Below, piece after piece: positions 26,201-40,305 of a stretch of DNA of 64,000 nt (positions are counted from its first letter, which is position 1; every line of letters starts with the position of its first letter). A model generated the notes under the pieces. That model saw only the letters and a list, made by a program, of their open reading frames with translations, was not told where the DNA came from and ran no database searches. The DNA is from the human T2T-CHM13v2.0 reference genome, Homo sapiens. The stretch is from NCBI RefSeq assembly GCF_009914755.1, contig NC_060925.1. One strand, written 5' to 3'. The position numbers and the translations under genes are program-made.

Positions 26201-28016
26201 TCACATACATGTGGATTTCTAATATCAAGTTATGTGACTGCCTACCACTTAAGGCCTACAAAACCACATGGGAGTTTCTTTATTGCGTATGCAGCCAGTC
26301 AACATGAATGGGACCCTAGAAACTGTGAGGAGCAGGATTCTCTAAGGTGCTCTTAGATACGGTGTCACTTCCACATACAAGCACAATTCTCCCAGTTAAG
26401 GGGCTGGAAGACAAGCGGGGCAACTGGTTTTGAAAAGCCCGCTGGCGTGCCAGAGGGGGTGTTTGCCCACACCCTCCTTGAATTTAACTGCCACAATCTA
26501 TCCGCAGATGTGTTTTGTTCTATTTCTTGTTTTTCACTAGCGTTTGCGTTGCTTCCTCTGAAGCCAGAGGGTGAAAGGCCCTAGCAAAGTTAGTTATCAG
26601 TCAACTGATGATAACTGTGATCCTTAAAGATGAATTCCCAGCCTGAGGTGACACACAGAGGTTCAGCAGACGTCTCAGGATCTGTCATATGTCATGTTGC
26701 TTGGTGTGAAGATGGAAGAACAAAGTCCACATCAGTTTCTGCTCCTTCAAACAGTGTGTCGATATGAAACATTGAGATTTGGCAGAAACATGTGCCTAGT
26801 TTGCAGCACCAAATACTGGTCTTCTCAGAAGTGTTTCTGTTTTTTTGTTTTTGTTTTTGTTTTTGTTTTTGTTTTTGTTTTGTTTAATTTCCTCTTCTGG
26901 CATCCCAATTTGGATCATTTCCTCTCTTTCTTTCCTGGAGAAACAGGATGGCAGGTGCTGGAGCCCAGAGAGGGGGTCACCCTCCAGCTAAAATGATTTA
27001 AATGGAAAGGAGAATGACAGCAAAGCCTCACGTGAACTTTAATGACCTTATCAATGACCTTTACTAACTGACTCTTGGTACCCGGATTGTTGAGAGGTGA
27101 GTGGGACTAAAAGCCAGGATCAAGATCAGGTTGCTCCACACATTTGCAGATCAGGAACCCCGGGAATATGAGTTAGACCCAGAAAGTATTGAACTGGACA
27201 TTGAATGAAGCTTGAGGCCATGCATTGATAACATTTTTAGAGTCTGTTACATTATTTTCTCAAAAGGAACACATGTTTACTACAAACCATTTAGAAAATA
27301 CCAATAACCAAACAGAAGGGAAATGTCTGGAACCTTCCAGTTGTTTAATTCTGTAGAAACTGTTCACGAAAGGCTGAATGAGTGGGGACAAGTCACAGAG
27401 ATCTCGCCATGGTTAGCACCAGGGACAAGTCTGGCTCTAATGTATGTTTTATGAAGTCTGATTAGCTTTGAAATGCATCTTTGCCAGCTGAACTTGTCAT
27501 GCACTAAACTTCCCATTGATCATTAGAGTGTCTACGATTAAGTGGAAAAGGTGGTCAACCATTTGGATGTTTGACTTTCACAACATCAAGCATTGGCCAT
27601 TGGGCGTATCTGGGCATTGGTATGGAATAAACAGGATACTCAGTGAAACATCCAAACTATTGACTGGATTTTTCCCATGGGGCATCTGTCTAAGAGTCAC
27701 AGATCTGAGAAATAGAAGGACCAGGTCCGTGTGGATGCTCCTAGTGCGTTCAAATAACCCTTGAATTCACCAGGTCTCATTGCATTTATTTAAAGATGGA
27801 GCCCATTGTCCCCCCTCCTCCTCAGCTCACCCATGGAACTAGAAATTCACAAACCTGAAGCTGAACCACAGGACAAGAAATTAAACAGCAACGGCCACAT
27901 GGCCTCTTTTTTCACAGGTTTTGCATTGAATGTTTTAGAACTTTATTCCCCCGCCCCCTCACCCATGTATACCAAAACTGGTTTTATTTTCATTTTCCTA
28001 AATTATTTTCTGATAC

Positions 28017-28540
28017 AATAAACTGTTAACTGTTTATTTATACTTTTACAAGGAGCACTTGTTATTTTTCAAAAGGAAAACAAAAGCCTCTCTGTTTTCA
28101 TGTTCTCCGTATATCTATACCACAGCTGTCTCTATAGACGTATTTATATATCATCTTCTTGAGAGAGTTAACCTCCTGTAGTTTAATGTTGTGTTTCTTT
28201 TCTTTAAATGCATATCATAATCATGTTAATAAACAAAAATGACACAATATATGTGGGTGGGGGGCGGGGGGCAGGTGGCTGGGTGTGATTTCCGTACAGG
28301 TGAACTTTTATTCCAGATTTTTTTAAGTTGTTTCTGTATTTCAAAGCTATGTATTTGGAAAACATTGTAAATGAAACACCTATATTAACTTTCCTGTGTA
28401 TATTTAGTACTCTGATGTTGCTATTAAAAAAAAAAACATAATATGAAAAAAAAAAAAAAGAAGAGAAAAAAGAATTACCATGAGTTCAGGCCATGACCTC
28501 ATAAGGACTTTTTTTTATGTTACTTCTTTGTTTATTTTTT
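28017..28540 (+). terminator. Distal poly(A) signal cluster: AATAAA 28017 and 28228, ATTAAA 28423; U-rich element ~28508-28540
   Basis: Read directly, in AU-rich context. Confidence 0.65.
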
Positions 28541-29067
28541 AACAATATTATCTGAGACCTCCTCTAAGAACATAGGCGTTGTTTCTATGCCTGTGGTTCA
28601 CAGAGTCTAAGACTTCCTCCCTGAATCTTCATTATCTCCAAACCAATGCTTTGCCCAGTTAAACAACTCTGAAAACACTTTCAGGTCTCAGTGTCTGGGC
28701 CCTGGGGTTGGTTATTAACTGAGTCTGAGTTAACCAGTCAGGGTCTACCACATAGTACCTGATACCACAAACGCCTACAAGCTCAGGGTTGGGGGGTTCC
28801 AGTGGATCTTTTATGGGCAGTTGCAGGCCAGCAAATGTCTTGCAAAGATTCCTGCAGAGGAAACCGTGCCCTGGGGAAAGGGTCGGCCCAAGGCTTATAA
28901 TTGTGTGCTGGTGCCAAGGCAAAACATTTCAAAGGGCCTCCAGTATCAGAGCCAGGAGATACCTCGCGCACTCACAGTATTTGCAGAGTGCAAAAGAGAG
29001 CTCTGTCCACTTCCAGACATGCTCGGATCAGGCAGAGTATGGGGGAGCAAGGCCCCTGCCTCTAGGC

Positions 29068-29268
29068 CAGCAGTTCTCAATGTGGGGTGATCCTCACCCC
29101 CACAACATCTGGCAATGTCTGGAGACATTTCTGGTTGTCACAACGGGGCTAGGGGTGCTACTGGCATCTAGTGTGAAGAGGCTAGCAGGCTGATAAGCAC
29201 CCTACCCAGCACAGGGCAGCCCCCTAACACAGTCATCCAGCTCCAGAGGCTGAGGTTGAGAAACTCCC
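29068..29268. mobile_element. MER20 hAT DNA transposon
   Basis: cagttctcaa...tggcaatgtctggagacattt.tggttgtcacaac...gctactggcatctagt...gaggttgagaaac. Confidence 0.85.
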
Positions 29269-29676
29269 CTCTTAGAACTGGGTGGGATGCTGCACTTTGC
29301 TGTGCTCCCCATGGGAGGCAGGATGTTTTTTTGCCCTGATGTGGACTTAAAGGTGAAGCTCTCACATCAGCTGTCTCTGGGCCGGCTGGAGCTAAGCCTC
29401 AGGGTAAGAAAGCAAGGCTGGCGGGGCGACCTTGTGTTCTAGTGAACCCTGCTGCTCAGCCCCAGGTGTACTCTATACCTGCTAAGCACCTTTTAACCTG
29501 TCAATGTCTTTTCACATATTTGAAATTACCTGAACCTATCACCAAGGTCATATGCATCATCCATGTATGACTTTGCCCCACTTGCCAAATGGGGCAGACC
29601 AAGCGACACAAGGGCATGGCTGATAAAGGGTCCCTAGGCCAGGAGGGGGGTCCCAGTGGACCCAGACCTCATCTAA

Positions 29677-30056
<380 letters not shown>

Positions 30057-31343
30057 TGGCCCTTCTTTCTTAATCAAAGCCATTGTCAAGGGCAAGGACC
30101 AGTCACAGAAAGATGACGGAGAGAGGTGAGTCAGAGGCACGGTCACAGTTTCAGTCAACACCAAGAGCTGATCTGCACGTAGGAAAAGGACACACACCAA
30201 AGGCCTGCAGAGCTAGAGATGCTCAGCCTCAGGCATCTCCAAGACATAGGAGTGCTGAGGCCTGACCACAGAGTGAAGAGCCTTCTTTACAGGCCTAGAA
30301 AAAGCAGCATTTCCCCCTAATTAGCTCTGAAGAGCAGGTGGTGCTCCTCCCCATTCCCCATCCCTCACCTGGCATAGAATCAATGGACAACTTACCCAGT
30401 GCCTCATCCAGCACCAGGCGCAGGGCACTCATGACAAAAGCACTTCCATTCCAACCTTCTCAGCATCCTGTGGTGCCTTTGTCTTCCTCCTTATCCCCAC
30501 CCTGGGAGCTTCCACTTGTCTGTGAGGCCAGGGACTGGCACATGGCCGAGGTGACCACTGGCTCCCCAGGGCACTCTCTCCTGAGTCAGTGAGAGGCCTA
30601 ATGTCCTCAGACACACTGATGAATGGGATACATAACTGTCTTTAACAAGCAGAAAAAAAGCAATACCACTTTGGTCATTTAACTGATTTAGACAAATCAA
30701 CAGCCTGGATACCATTAAAGTAAACTCAATTTGCTCACCAGTGAGAGGGGGAAATTGGAATTCTAGTATCCATTTGCTAGTGCATAGAGCTCTTGCCTTT
30801 GAACTGAAGCCAAAACAATAAATACTGGGTCCCGATATGATTGACTAAGTTTGGCAGAGTTGCCTGTGATGGGCTTTTGAACACACAAGCACAACAGAAA
30901 CCTTGCTCACTGAACAAGGCTGTGGGGACTTCCCTCCAGCGCAGTGAAGGCGGGCTGGGCATCAGGAGGAGCTGGTGCAACTATAGGTTCTCCCTAGCAA
31001 CTGTCCCTACCAACTGTATGGGGCCACAGAAGGCAGGAAATATGATTTTGGGGAGCTAGGGGCTCCCCACATCCCTCAAGTGAAGACCATTCGATGGGCT
31101 AAGAGTCAAAGGTACACTTGAGGTCTTCCCCAAAAACCAACTGGAACCAACAACCCAGGCTGGTGCCAAGTTGAGAGGGACCGTAGGACTCTAGATCTTA
31201 TTGTCTGCAGATGCTCTCTGCATTTGTTGTGACTCGTAATAAGTGCTTGTTCAAATCGATACATCTCCTCTGCTTTATTAACAGGCATTAACTTCAGAGC
31301 TGAGAAATGAAGTTCTAAGGTGTGAGGATAGGTTCCTTTAGAA

Positions 31344-31550
31344 CAGCAGTTCTCAGGGGATGACATTCTTCCCAGAGAGATTTAGCACTGCCTGGTGACA
31401 GTTTGGGTTCTCATAACTAAGTAGTACAGCGGGCACTGACATCTAGAATTTGGAAGCCAGGGATGCCATCGAACACCCTGCTATGCACAGGACAGCCCCA
31501 TGACAAAAACAATCCAGCCCCAAATGTCAACAGTGCTGACATTGACAGCA
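31344..31550. mobile_element. MER20 hAT DNA transposon (second copy)
   Basis: gccagggatgcc...tgcacaggacagcccca...atccagccccaaatgtcaacagtgctga. Confidence 0.75.
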
Positions 31551-31717
31551 GTGTTCTGGGGGATGCTGAAGTCGACCTGCTTTATGCAGAGGGTCATCAT
31601 ATAAATCAACACTGCTCATCGGGTCTTCCTGAAGCCAGCAGCTTCCTTAGGGAACAACAGGGTTATCTCAGGAAGCAAAGGGTGAGCTCTCCTTTCCCAG
31701 ATCTTTTTTAAAGCCTG

Positions 31718-32187
31718 GGTGTTTTGGTTTGCTATGGCTCCTGTAACAAAATAGCACAAACTGGATGTGGCTTCAAACCATGGAAATGTATTGCATCACA
31801 GTTCTGTAAGCCAGAAGGCTGAGATCCAGAGGGACAGAGCCAGGCACCCTCTGAAGGCACTAGGGCTGGGCACCCTCTGAAGGCACTAGGGAAAGGTCTG
31901 CTCCAGGCCTCTCTCCTGCTTCTGGTGAATACTTGGCATGTGGCAGCCTCACTCCATCCTTCACTTGGCATCTTCCCTGTGTGTGTGTCTGTGTCTAAAT
32001 TTTCCCTTTTAATAAGGATACCAGTCATGCGGGATTGGGGCCCACCTTTCTCCAGTAGGACCTCGTCCTAACAAATTGCATCTGCAATGGGCCTATTTCC
32101 AAATAAGGTCACATTCTGAGCTGCAGGGGGTTAGGACTGCAGCATATGCATTTGGTCAGGGGGCTTGACACAATTCAACCCATGACG
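31718..32187 (-). mobile_element. MLT1B/C MaLR LTR with an internal ~26-bp tandem duplication (ggcaccctctgaaggcactaggg x2)
   Basis: tgtaacaaaatagcacaaactgg...tttccaaataaggtcacattctgag...acacaattcaaccc. Confidence 0.85.
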
Positions 32188-34603
32188 CTGGGGAATCAGA
32201 GATGCCATCACTTGTATTGAAACCTGCCCCACTTTCCTTTGTTCTGCATCTATCCTGAGAAAACGTGAAGGGCCTCAGGCAGCGAGGGGCAGGGGGTACC
32301 CAGAAAGGAGGTTCAAGTTCCTTCTCCTCCCCCGACTGAAGCTGGGGGGCTCGTCCAGGAAACATTGCGGATGATAGTGGCCTCACCTTTTAAAACCAAG
32401 GCAGCTGGGTTTCTAGTTGGAGGTTCATCTGGGCTTCAAAAGGGGAAGCAGCTTCCTCTTAAAGTGACTGTCCCCAGAATAGTGTTTTTGTTTTGGTTTC
32501 AGGTTGCCAGATAAAGGTGAAGCAGCTGCCACGGTCATATGCTGTCATAAAACTTAGAAAAAAAGAGAGTGAGGGAAGCGGAATACATAACTCCTTGCAC
32601 AGAGAACAGCTGCAAATGCAGAGCTTTGCCTCTTTTTTTTCTTCTTCTTTATTTGCATCTGTGATTTCTTATTTCTGTTTCACTTCTTCCCTGAATTTCT
32701 GAGCTTCCTATCTGGCTCCAGCACACTTCATCTGGCAGCACGGAGAGTGCCCCCCAGTTAGGATCTGCTGTACTGCAGGAGGGAAGGAGGCCGCCGCTGC
32801 TAGAGAGACATTTGGCCACTTGCCTGTGACTCAGTGGGCTCTTCCCAGCATTTCTTCTCCCGCTCACCTTCAGCAAAATGGTCTGGGTTTGCAGAGGAAC
32901 CTTGTTATCTGTCTAGACTCTGTTCTCTATGTGCTCTCTTCTCCAAAGCTCTCCCCATGTTTTCTAACTCTTCAGCCTTGAACTTGGCAGAAGTGATGCA
33001 GCAAAGTCTCGGCCCCGTGAGGCTGTGGTTCTCCAGACTGGCAGCCTTCCCAGGAGTGAGGCTGTGGGCACTAAAGCAAGAGGCAGGGTGGGATGGAGAG
33101 GAGTCAGCCTTAGCAGCGGGGCAGAGTCTGTGGTTGTCCTGCTCTGGTGCTTGCAGCTCCGCCCACAGACAGGTCCAGAAGGCTGTAGGTCCCCAGAGTG
33201 TCCTTGCTGCTGGAGATGGCTGGCTCAGTTCACTTGTTCTCTTTGGAACTCTTTAGAACGTGTAGACCTCCTGCTGATAGTTTTATAGACAATCACCCAG
33301 AGTGTAGCCGTTGAGAGCAACTCTATGCAAACCATTGCTTCTGCAAAGCTACAAAATAATGAGCTTTTGATAATGACACTGAATGAGCTGTGGACACAGA
33401 CTAGACCTTCCTGGGACCACATACCACCTCCGATTGACGGATCCCATTAACACCAGCAGGCCTCTTGGGGCCTGCCATCACCAAAGGCAGCTGAGTGAGG
33501 AGAGCCTCCCCAGGCTTGAAAACACTTGGGCTTGATTTTGTTAAAGCTGCACATCGAGGCACTTCCCCCTGAGACCTGGGTTATCTCATATCCTCTCCAA
33601 TTCGGCAAGGGCCCCCGTTATGCTGGATTGCTTTGGATCATGGAGGAAAAACAATAATGAAGCCATATTTTGGGCATCTGGCTGAGCTTTGTTCTTCCTT
33701 TGAGAAAGGAAGCCATACCACAGTTGCCCCAAAGATGAGGCAGACACCTAATTTCCTGAACCAGACCCTTGCTGGCTTGGACACTGTGGCCTGTGGCTGA
33801 GTAATGGTTGGGGAGTGAGTGTCTCTCAGTCCAAGACCGCATATATGATAAAATTATGCAGGAAAATAATGAGAACCATTGAAAGATGTTGCTCACTTTG
33901 GGATTGAATTACCACCTAAATGAAACTGACAGTGGGCAGGGGGCTTGTAGAATGAAATTAGGGAGGAAGCTGTATTTCAATTGGGAAATGCTGGGTGCTC
34001 TCCAGGAGAGCAAGGCTCCTCTAAATGAAATACAATCCTGAGCTCCCGTTTCATCCTCTGTGATTTATTGGAACCAAAGAGGGTTGTTTGAATGGTTCTG
34101 AATGTTATTTTCAAAAGCAAATGAACATCTCATTCTGGAATCAAGACACAGGAAACTGACTTTGGAGGATCTGGTACTGGGAGAGACAGGAAGCAATGCT
34201 GGGTTCTGTATGACGTCTTCTGTATTTAAGCCCCAGTTCAAGGCAGGCTGGAGGGACATGTGGAGGAGAGAGGCCCTCAGGTCTTGGTGGGGTGGGAGTG
34301 AAACCTAGGGCTTTTCCTTTGAGTGTTAATGGGCATTGGACTGGTCTCCTGTGGTCAGTGTGTGGTGGAAAGGTGGCCAGAGACTGAGGAGCAAGGGTGA
34401 GACACCCAGAGAAATGTGGGAGACACCAGCCAACTCAACCCCCGGCCTTCCCCAGGTGGGTCCCAGGCTACACTCAATGTTGGTCACCCCTTCCCCTCCT
34501 CTTCCTGCCTGTCCAATCCCAGGTGGCAGAACCTCCACTGTACAAATCAGAATCTTCCACTAGTTCTACTAAAAAGGAGGTAAAAGGTGATGTTGTTTCA
34601 CTT

Positions 34604-34952
34604 TGATAAGGTTTGGCTCTGGGTCCCCACCCAAATCTCACCTTGAATTATAATCCCTACATGTTATGGGAGGGACCCAGTGGGAGGTAATTGAATCATA
34701 GGGGCTGGTTTTGCCCATGCTGTTCTCATGATAGTGAATAAGTCTCTCAAAATCTGATGGTTTTATAAAGGGAAGTTCATGGGCACACACTCTCTCTTGC
34801 CTGCTGCCATGTAAGACGTGCCTTTGACCTTCTGCCATGATTGTGAGGCCTCCCCAGCCATGTGGAACTGTGAGTCCATTAAACCTCTTTTTCCTTATAA
34901 ATTACCCAGTCTCCAGTATGTCTTCATTAGTAGTGTGAGACAGACTAATACA
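34604..34952 (+). mobile_element. THE1 (C/D-like) MaLR solo LTR
   Basis: tgataaggtttggctctg...ccccacccaaatctcaccttgaatt...cagactaataca; TG...CA ends. Confidence 0.92.
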
Positions 34953-35809
34953 CAGTCCTATCTATTGCGGCTCTTTCTGAATGGTATGGTCAAGTTTCTG
35001 ACAACATCTTCAAGGGCATTGCTCCTGTAGTGACAGCATCTTCCAGTAGTTCTCTGCAAAATTTTATCACCTTTAAGGACTGGGCTGGGAGACATTCACG
35101 CACCAACCATTGATCACTCACCTTTCATAGTCTCTAAGCCCTAAGCCCACCCTGGCAGCTTCCACACAGAACTCTTTGGAGAGGTGGCTGAGAGATATTT
35201 CCTCCAACCCAATTCACAAGATCATATTCAGCTTGCCTGGATATAAAAACTGATTAGCGACATAACTAGGTTGAACTCAAATGTGATGAAAACTGGTAGT
35301 GCGGCTCCTCTTCTGCAGGAAGGCTTGGAATATCTGTGCATTCCTAGGATACGTGACACAGGTTTTCTACCCGTGCAGGGCCATTGGGAGGCGCAGGAGG
35401 AAGATGAGGGCTGATCTGCTCCATGGACCACTTGTATCCGCAACCCGGGGGCTGGTGTGTCACCCCTTTTCCTCATCCTCTTCCCACACACCACCCTTTC
35501 TCTACTTTCTCTCTTCTCTTCTCCCTCTCCCCCGCCTACCGAAGGTCACCTTCTCTGGTTTGAATGGGGCCTGCCTTTTAGAGCTTTAGGAAGAAAGCCT
35601 CAACACCCCCTTGAGTGGAATCTTTCTGCTTCCCTTCTGGGCTTTGCTAAGAAAACAAAATCTACGCTGTTGGAGTAGCTGCTGGAGGTGAGGAGGGGAA
35701 GAGTGAACGCCTTGAAGCCAGAGATCCTGCAGCTTTGCAGGGAGACATGAGTTTTCTCCTCCTGCACCATGGTGGCATCACAAGAGGGTTCGAGCCCTTC
35801 CAGACGGCA

Positions 35810-35955
35810 GACCTAGCACCAAGCACGCGGCTTGCATTGCCTCATTTATTCCTCATGACCATGCTATGAAGTAGGCATTAGTGTCATCCAGCTTTATGAA
35901 TGAAGAATCTGAGTCAGAGAGAGGTTGAGGAACTTGCTCTTGGTCACACAGCCTG
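35810..35955. mobile_element. MIR
   Basis: ctcatttattcctcat...tgaagtaggc...tgaagaatctgagtcagagagaggttgaggaacttgctcttggtcacacagc. Confidence 0.75.
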
Positions 35956-38133
35956 ACTTCAGCCAAAATAGTCCAACCTCAGTGCCCACATGCTTCCCCT
36001 CCCTGCTAAACTACCAGCCAAAGACCACACTAAATGACAAGAGGCTGATGGGGGCTGAGTGGCTTCTGGCCTAGTCCCCCAGAAGAGGTGTCTTCTCCCA
36101 CCAGAATTCTTTGAGAACTTGCAAGTTCTGGGAAGAAGTATCATTGGGAGAGGGAGGGAAACAGAGTCACATACATAAACAATGCAAGACAGCATGTGAT
36201 TTGTGCATGTACAAGTTACAGAGGACAGGGCCTGGGAGCCCCGAGAGGGGAAGGAGCCTACAGGCCAAGTGACCAGGGGCCCCATGGGAGGGGAGGATGC
36301 TGCGCCTTCCCTATTATATTTGCCTCCCTAGGACATGCCATGCAGGCATTCTACCGGTGCAGTTGATGCCTCTCCAGGAAGGTCCTCAGGCACCAGACTT
36401 GTCCATGAAATCCATAGAAGAGGATGGACTCTGGTGGAGAAATCCTCCTTGAGCTTCATCACGGCCTCCACGGTGGAGGTCAGGCCCCTGAACAAGCCGC
36501 TCACTGGGCTTCTCAAGCCACTATGTCTCCACCCTGCATCCAGACAAGGCTTCATTTGATGCCCCCACCTCCCATCTTCCACCCTCCTTGTCGCCTTAGC
36601 TGTGCGAGATGCCCCAAAACCTGTCTGGCTCTTACACACGTGCCTGTCTGCAAGGGCAGGCTGTGAGATGCAGCTACAGGCTGTGGGCAGACAGTGCATG
36701 GCCCACGCCTGTGGCTCACCCTGCACATCGTGCCTGGAAGCTCCCTCTGAAAACACAAGGCTCAGCTTCCCCAGAGGTGGCCACACTATGCCAGGTCATT
36801 TAAACTGAGGGGCAAACTTTGAGAGAAGGAAAGAAAGAAGGAGCTGTGTGGATAAATTCCTCTTCTTTCCTCTCCCTAATGGATTGCTCCAAAGAGGACA
36901 TTGCTAGGTGGTTTCTCTGGAGAATTCCAGCCTGACCAAGCAAAGGTGATTGGGAGGCTGTGGCCAGCACAATAACTCACCACCAACTTGCATTTGTTTT
37001 CCTCCACCCCTTTTCTCTTCCTTTTCTCCAAACGGTCTCACTCCCAGAATTACACTCCCTGAATTACACTCCCTGCAATAAAGCATTAACACATAAGTCC
37101 TGTAGGGACTCATATTCAGACTAGGATGGGAAGGTATCCAGGGAAATCATAGATGGTAGCAATGTTGGGAAACGAAGGAGACCCATCTGCCACAGAAGCT
37201 TGTCCAGGTACAATTTCCAGCAGGCTGTTGGGATGGGTCAAGGAAGGCTTTGATGCTGAGCTCAGACACTTTGACTTCATTCTGTAGACCAGCGGGGAAC
37301 ACACTGGGTCGCCTGGACAAGAGGCTCACTTTCGGATTAAATGGGTCTCATGTTAGAGGGTGTCCCAGGTGGCTCAGATGTGCCCGACTTGGGCAGAATC
37401 ACATCTTCAGGAGTAGAGGAGCCCTTTGTGCTTTTGAGCAAAGAAGTGCTGTGAACAGGACCGAATTTGAAAAAAGAGATGCAGACAGAGGGTTGAGTGG
37501 GAAGCTAAACCAGAGCCAGCAGTCCAGAGAGGAGCCTTGAGAACAGGCAGCCAGACCAACAGGCCACTTGAGGAAGACCCGTGGCCGAGGGGGCGGACCT
37601 GCAGGAGGAGCAAAACACAGAGCTGTTTCCACGGCCAACTGGGGTACTCGCCAGGAAGCCAGATGTCTGTGCTGGAAAATGTCCACACACAGCTGCTCCG
37701 AACCCAAGCCAGGGCCTGGCGGTGATGTGTAAAAGCAACAAAGACAGTGGGGCTGGACAGGGGCAGAAGGTCTTATGGTGTGATCTGGGGAGGAAACAGA
37801 CACCTGGATCCTGGCCAGGTCATGAGAGTTCTATTACCCCATACTCTCCTCCAGGGTGGCTCACCTCTTGCCCACCACCCACTGGACTCAATACAACAGT
37901 TGTCTCTGTCTCAAGCCTGCAGGAAGGTAGCCAGATAGGAAGAAGATGCATGTGCTGCTGAGTGAAGATGGAGGAGCCAGAGCAGAAGGTGGGAGCTCCC
38001 CAGTCCCGAAGAAGGCAAGGGGACCACCCAGGCATGAAGACACCATCCCTGCGGAGGCCAGCTCCCCACACGCATCAGTGATCCCCCATCAGAAACGGCT
38101 CTGAACCCTCCCCTGTCTCCATCTCTCCCGCAT

Positions 38134-38528
38134 TGCTATGGGTTGAATGCTTTTGTCCTCTCCAAAAAGTTATGTTGAAACTTAATCCCCAGTGCAACAC
38201 TGTTGGGAGATCTGGCCTTTTGAGAGGGTTTGGGCCATGAGGATCTTTCCTCATGAATGGATTAACGTTGCTCTGAAAAGGGCTTGCAGGGTGGGTGGGG
38301 AATTCACTCTTTTTGCTCTTCTGCTATGTGAGGGCACATTGCTCATTCCCACTTTCCCTCCCACTGACTATGTGAGGACACAGCAAGAAGGCCTTCACCA
38401 AGTACTGGATGCTTGTGCCTTGATCTTGGACTTCCCAGCCTCCGGAACTGTGAGAAATAAATTTTCTGTTTTTTATATATTACGTGGCCTGTGGTATTTT
38501 GTTGTAGCAGCACAAATGGACTAACACA
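38134..38528 (+). mobile_element. MST/MLT1A-type MaLR solo LTR
   Basis: tgctatgggttgaatg...atgttgaaacttaatcccc...cttggacttcccagcctccggaactgtgagaaataaa...ggactaacaca. Confidence 0.88.
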
Positions 38529-40029
38529 CATGCTGTTCTGATCAAGCCTCACTAACCTGCACCCAGTCTGTCTATACCACATCCTTATTGGGATGCTCAC
38601 CTTCTCTCCTCTTCTTCCCACTGCCATTGCAAAAATGACATTCAATATTCTCTGCACAAAACTGTGCAGAGTGGCTCCCTATTGGTCCAAATGCCTTAAC
38701 AGAACTCTAAACTCATTCATCTTCTGTCTTTGTGACAGTCCTGAGGAAAGGCTGGGGTTCATTTCACCCACTCACCCAGGAAATAGACACCATTGAAATC
38801 ACTTTTTGCCAAAAAAAAGAGCAATCCCTTGGAAACTGACAACTGGTGGGGATGGGAGGGTATTTTATTCCGTCAAAGATAAAGACAATTATTTTAGGAG
38901 TATTTCCATTTTTCCCTTGATGGGGGATTCTCACATCTGTTTCATCCAGGCTTTCCAGGTCCAGTTCAGTTATGGTCAGGCAGCAGTTTTCTCCCAAAGC
39001 TATTCTCTGGGTGTCTTCTTCTGTCATCTATACATAGTTTTGGGAGCTCACCAAGGTGAAATGCACCACCAGAAGGGGATTTCTTTATTTCCCTTCTACT
39101 AAGGTTTTGCTCTGACTGGTGATGAGTGTAAGAATATCAAACATCACAGAAAGCACACACGCTGGCCCACAGAGGCATTGTGAGGCCCTTTGCTGGACAC
39201 CTGGGAGGGGCAGCCTGTCTGTCTTCTGCTCTGCCCTTTCTTGCTGTGTTCTGGAAGCATAGGCAAGCATTCCACAGTATCCTGCCTGCAGCTGGGGATG
39301 CTGGGCTGAGCACACAAGGAGCCACAAGGAGAGTGCCCAGGCAAGACCTTAGAGTCTCAACTTCAAAAACTATGGTGGGGCAATGGCCAAATCAGGATCA
39401 TATCTTTTACAGATGTAGCCCTCCTGTTAGCACCTGATAAATCCTCTGTTCACACCTGAGATAAAGTGGGAGGGCCATTGCTCTTGCTTTTGACACCCAA
39501 GTAAGATAAGCCACACAGGCTGAGACATCAGAGAAGAGTCAAAACAATAAGACTACAGAGCCTGGCTATTTTTCTGCCAATGAGAAGCTGCTTTCTTTTC
39601 TCAAAAGCCATCAGATTAGATGGGTTCCTCCCCACCTTTCCAGCCTTTTTGGCCCCCTTCCTCACACTCTTCAACCCAGGGACTAAAGCAATTGTCCCCA
39701 GTATAACTTACTCTTCAGGGTCCATGCTTGAGCTGTTTGCTCAGCATAAATTATCCTCCCAGGAAAGGTATTTCATACTCTCCAGGGTACAACTCACCTG
39801 ACACTTTTCCTTCTTCCAGAACACTCCTATCTGTAACTTGGGTTTACTCAACTCCTGCCCTATCCTCCCACAATATTTGACTATGCCTGTCATACAGTGC
39901 CCATTGCTGTAACAGCAGTATTGGTGATAGTGGAGCAGCAACGACAGTACCATCTACTGAGCATTTACCCTGTGCACACCTAGTGTAGAGTCTGTCTAAC
40001 TTCAGCCTAAAGGGACAGTGCAAGATGTT

Positions 40030-40305
40030 AGTGGTCTGGTTTTCTGTTGCTGTGGGATAAGCCACTCACAACTTTGTTGTTTAAAACAAAAACAGTCATT
40101 TTATTTTTTATATCCAGCTAGTCTGAGAGTTGACTGGCTTCAGCTAGCTGGTTCTCCCTCAAGGTCTCTCCTATGGTTGCAGTGGATGGTGGCTGAGGCT
40201 GGAATCCTCTGACCACTCCCATACTCATGTGTGGAGCCTGGGCTGGGGAGACTCAAACAGCTGGGGCTCCTTGGGCATCTCTTTCTATCTCTCCATGGTC
40301 CTCTT
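40030..40305 (-). mobile_element. Old MLT1 (H/I/J-like) LTR fragment followed by a MIR piece
   Basis: ttgctgtg...ttaaaacaa...ggttgcagt...ggctgaggctggaatc...ctcatgtgtgg pattern. Confidence 0.5.

Larger units (their letters stand above)
18472..28450 (+). other. AJAP1: AJAP1 terminal exon, ~10 kb 3' UTR (shorter forms possible via proximal poly(A) sites)
   Basis: Strong acceptor tttaatctcttcttgttttctttccacacAG (18470-18471), UTR-like AU/CA/UG-rich content, very few transposons until ~29 kb, AU-rich end with clustered poly(A) signals. Confidence 0.75.

Noticed and set aside
26600-26652. C/D-box-like arrangement gtcaac-TGATGA...CTGA-ggtgac
   Set aside because: Only ~31 nt between boxes, no recognisable guide, imperfect stem, and exonic location; too weak to call a snoRNA
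28421-28472. A-rich run resembling a retrocopy poly(A) tail
   Set aside because: No TSD or processed-gene body upstream; it sits at the AU-rich end of the AJAP1 UTR
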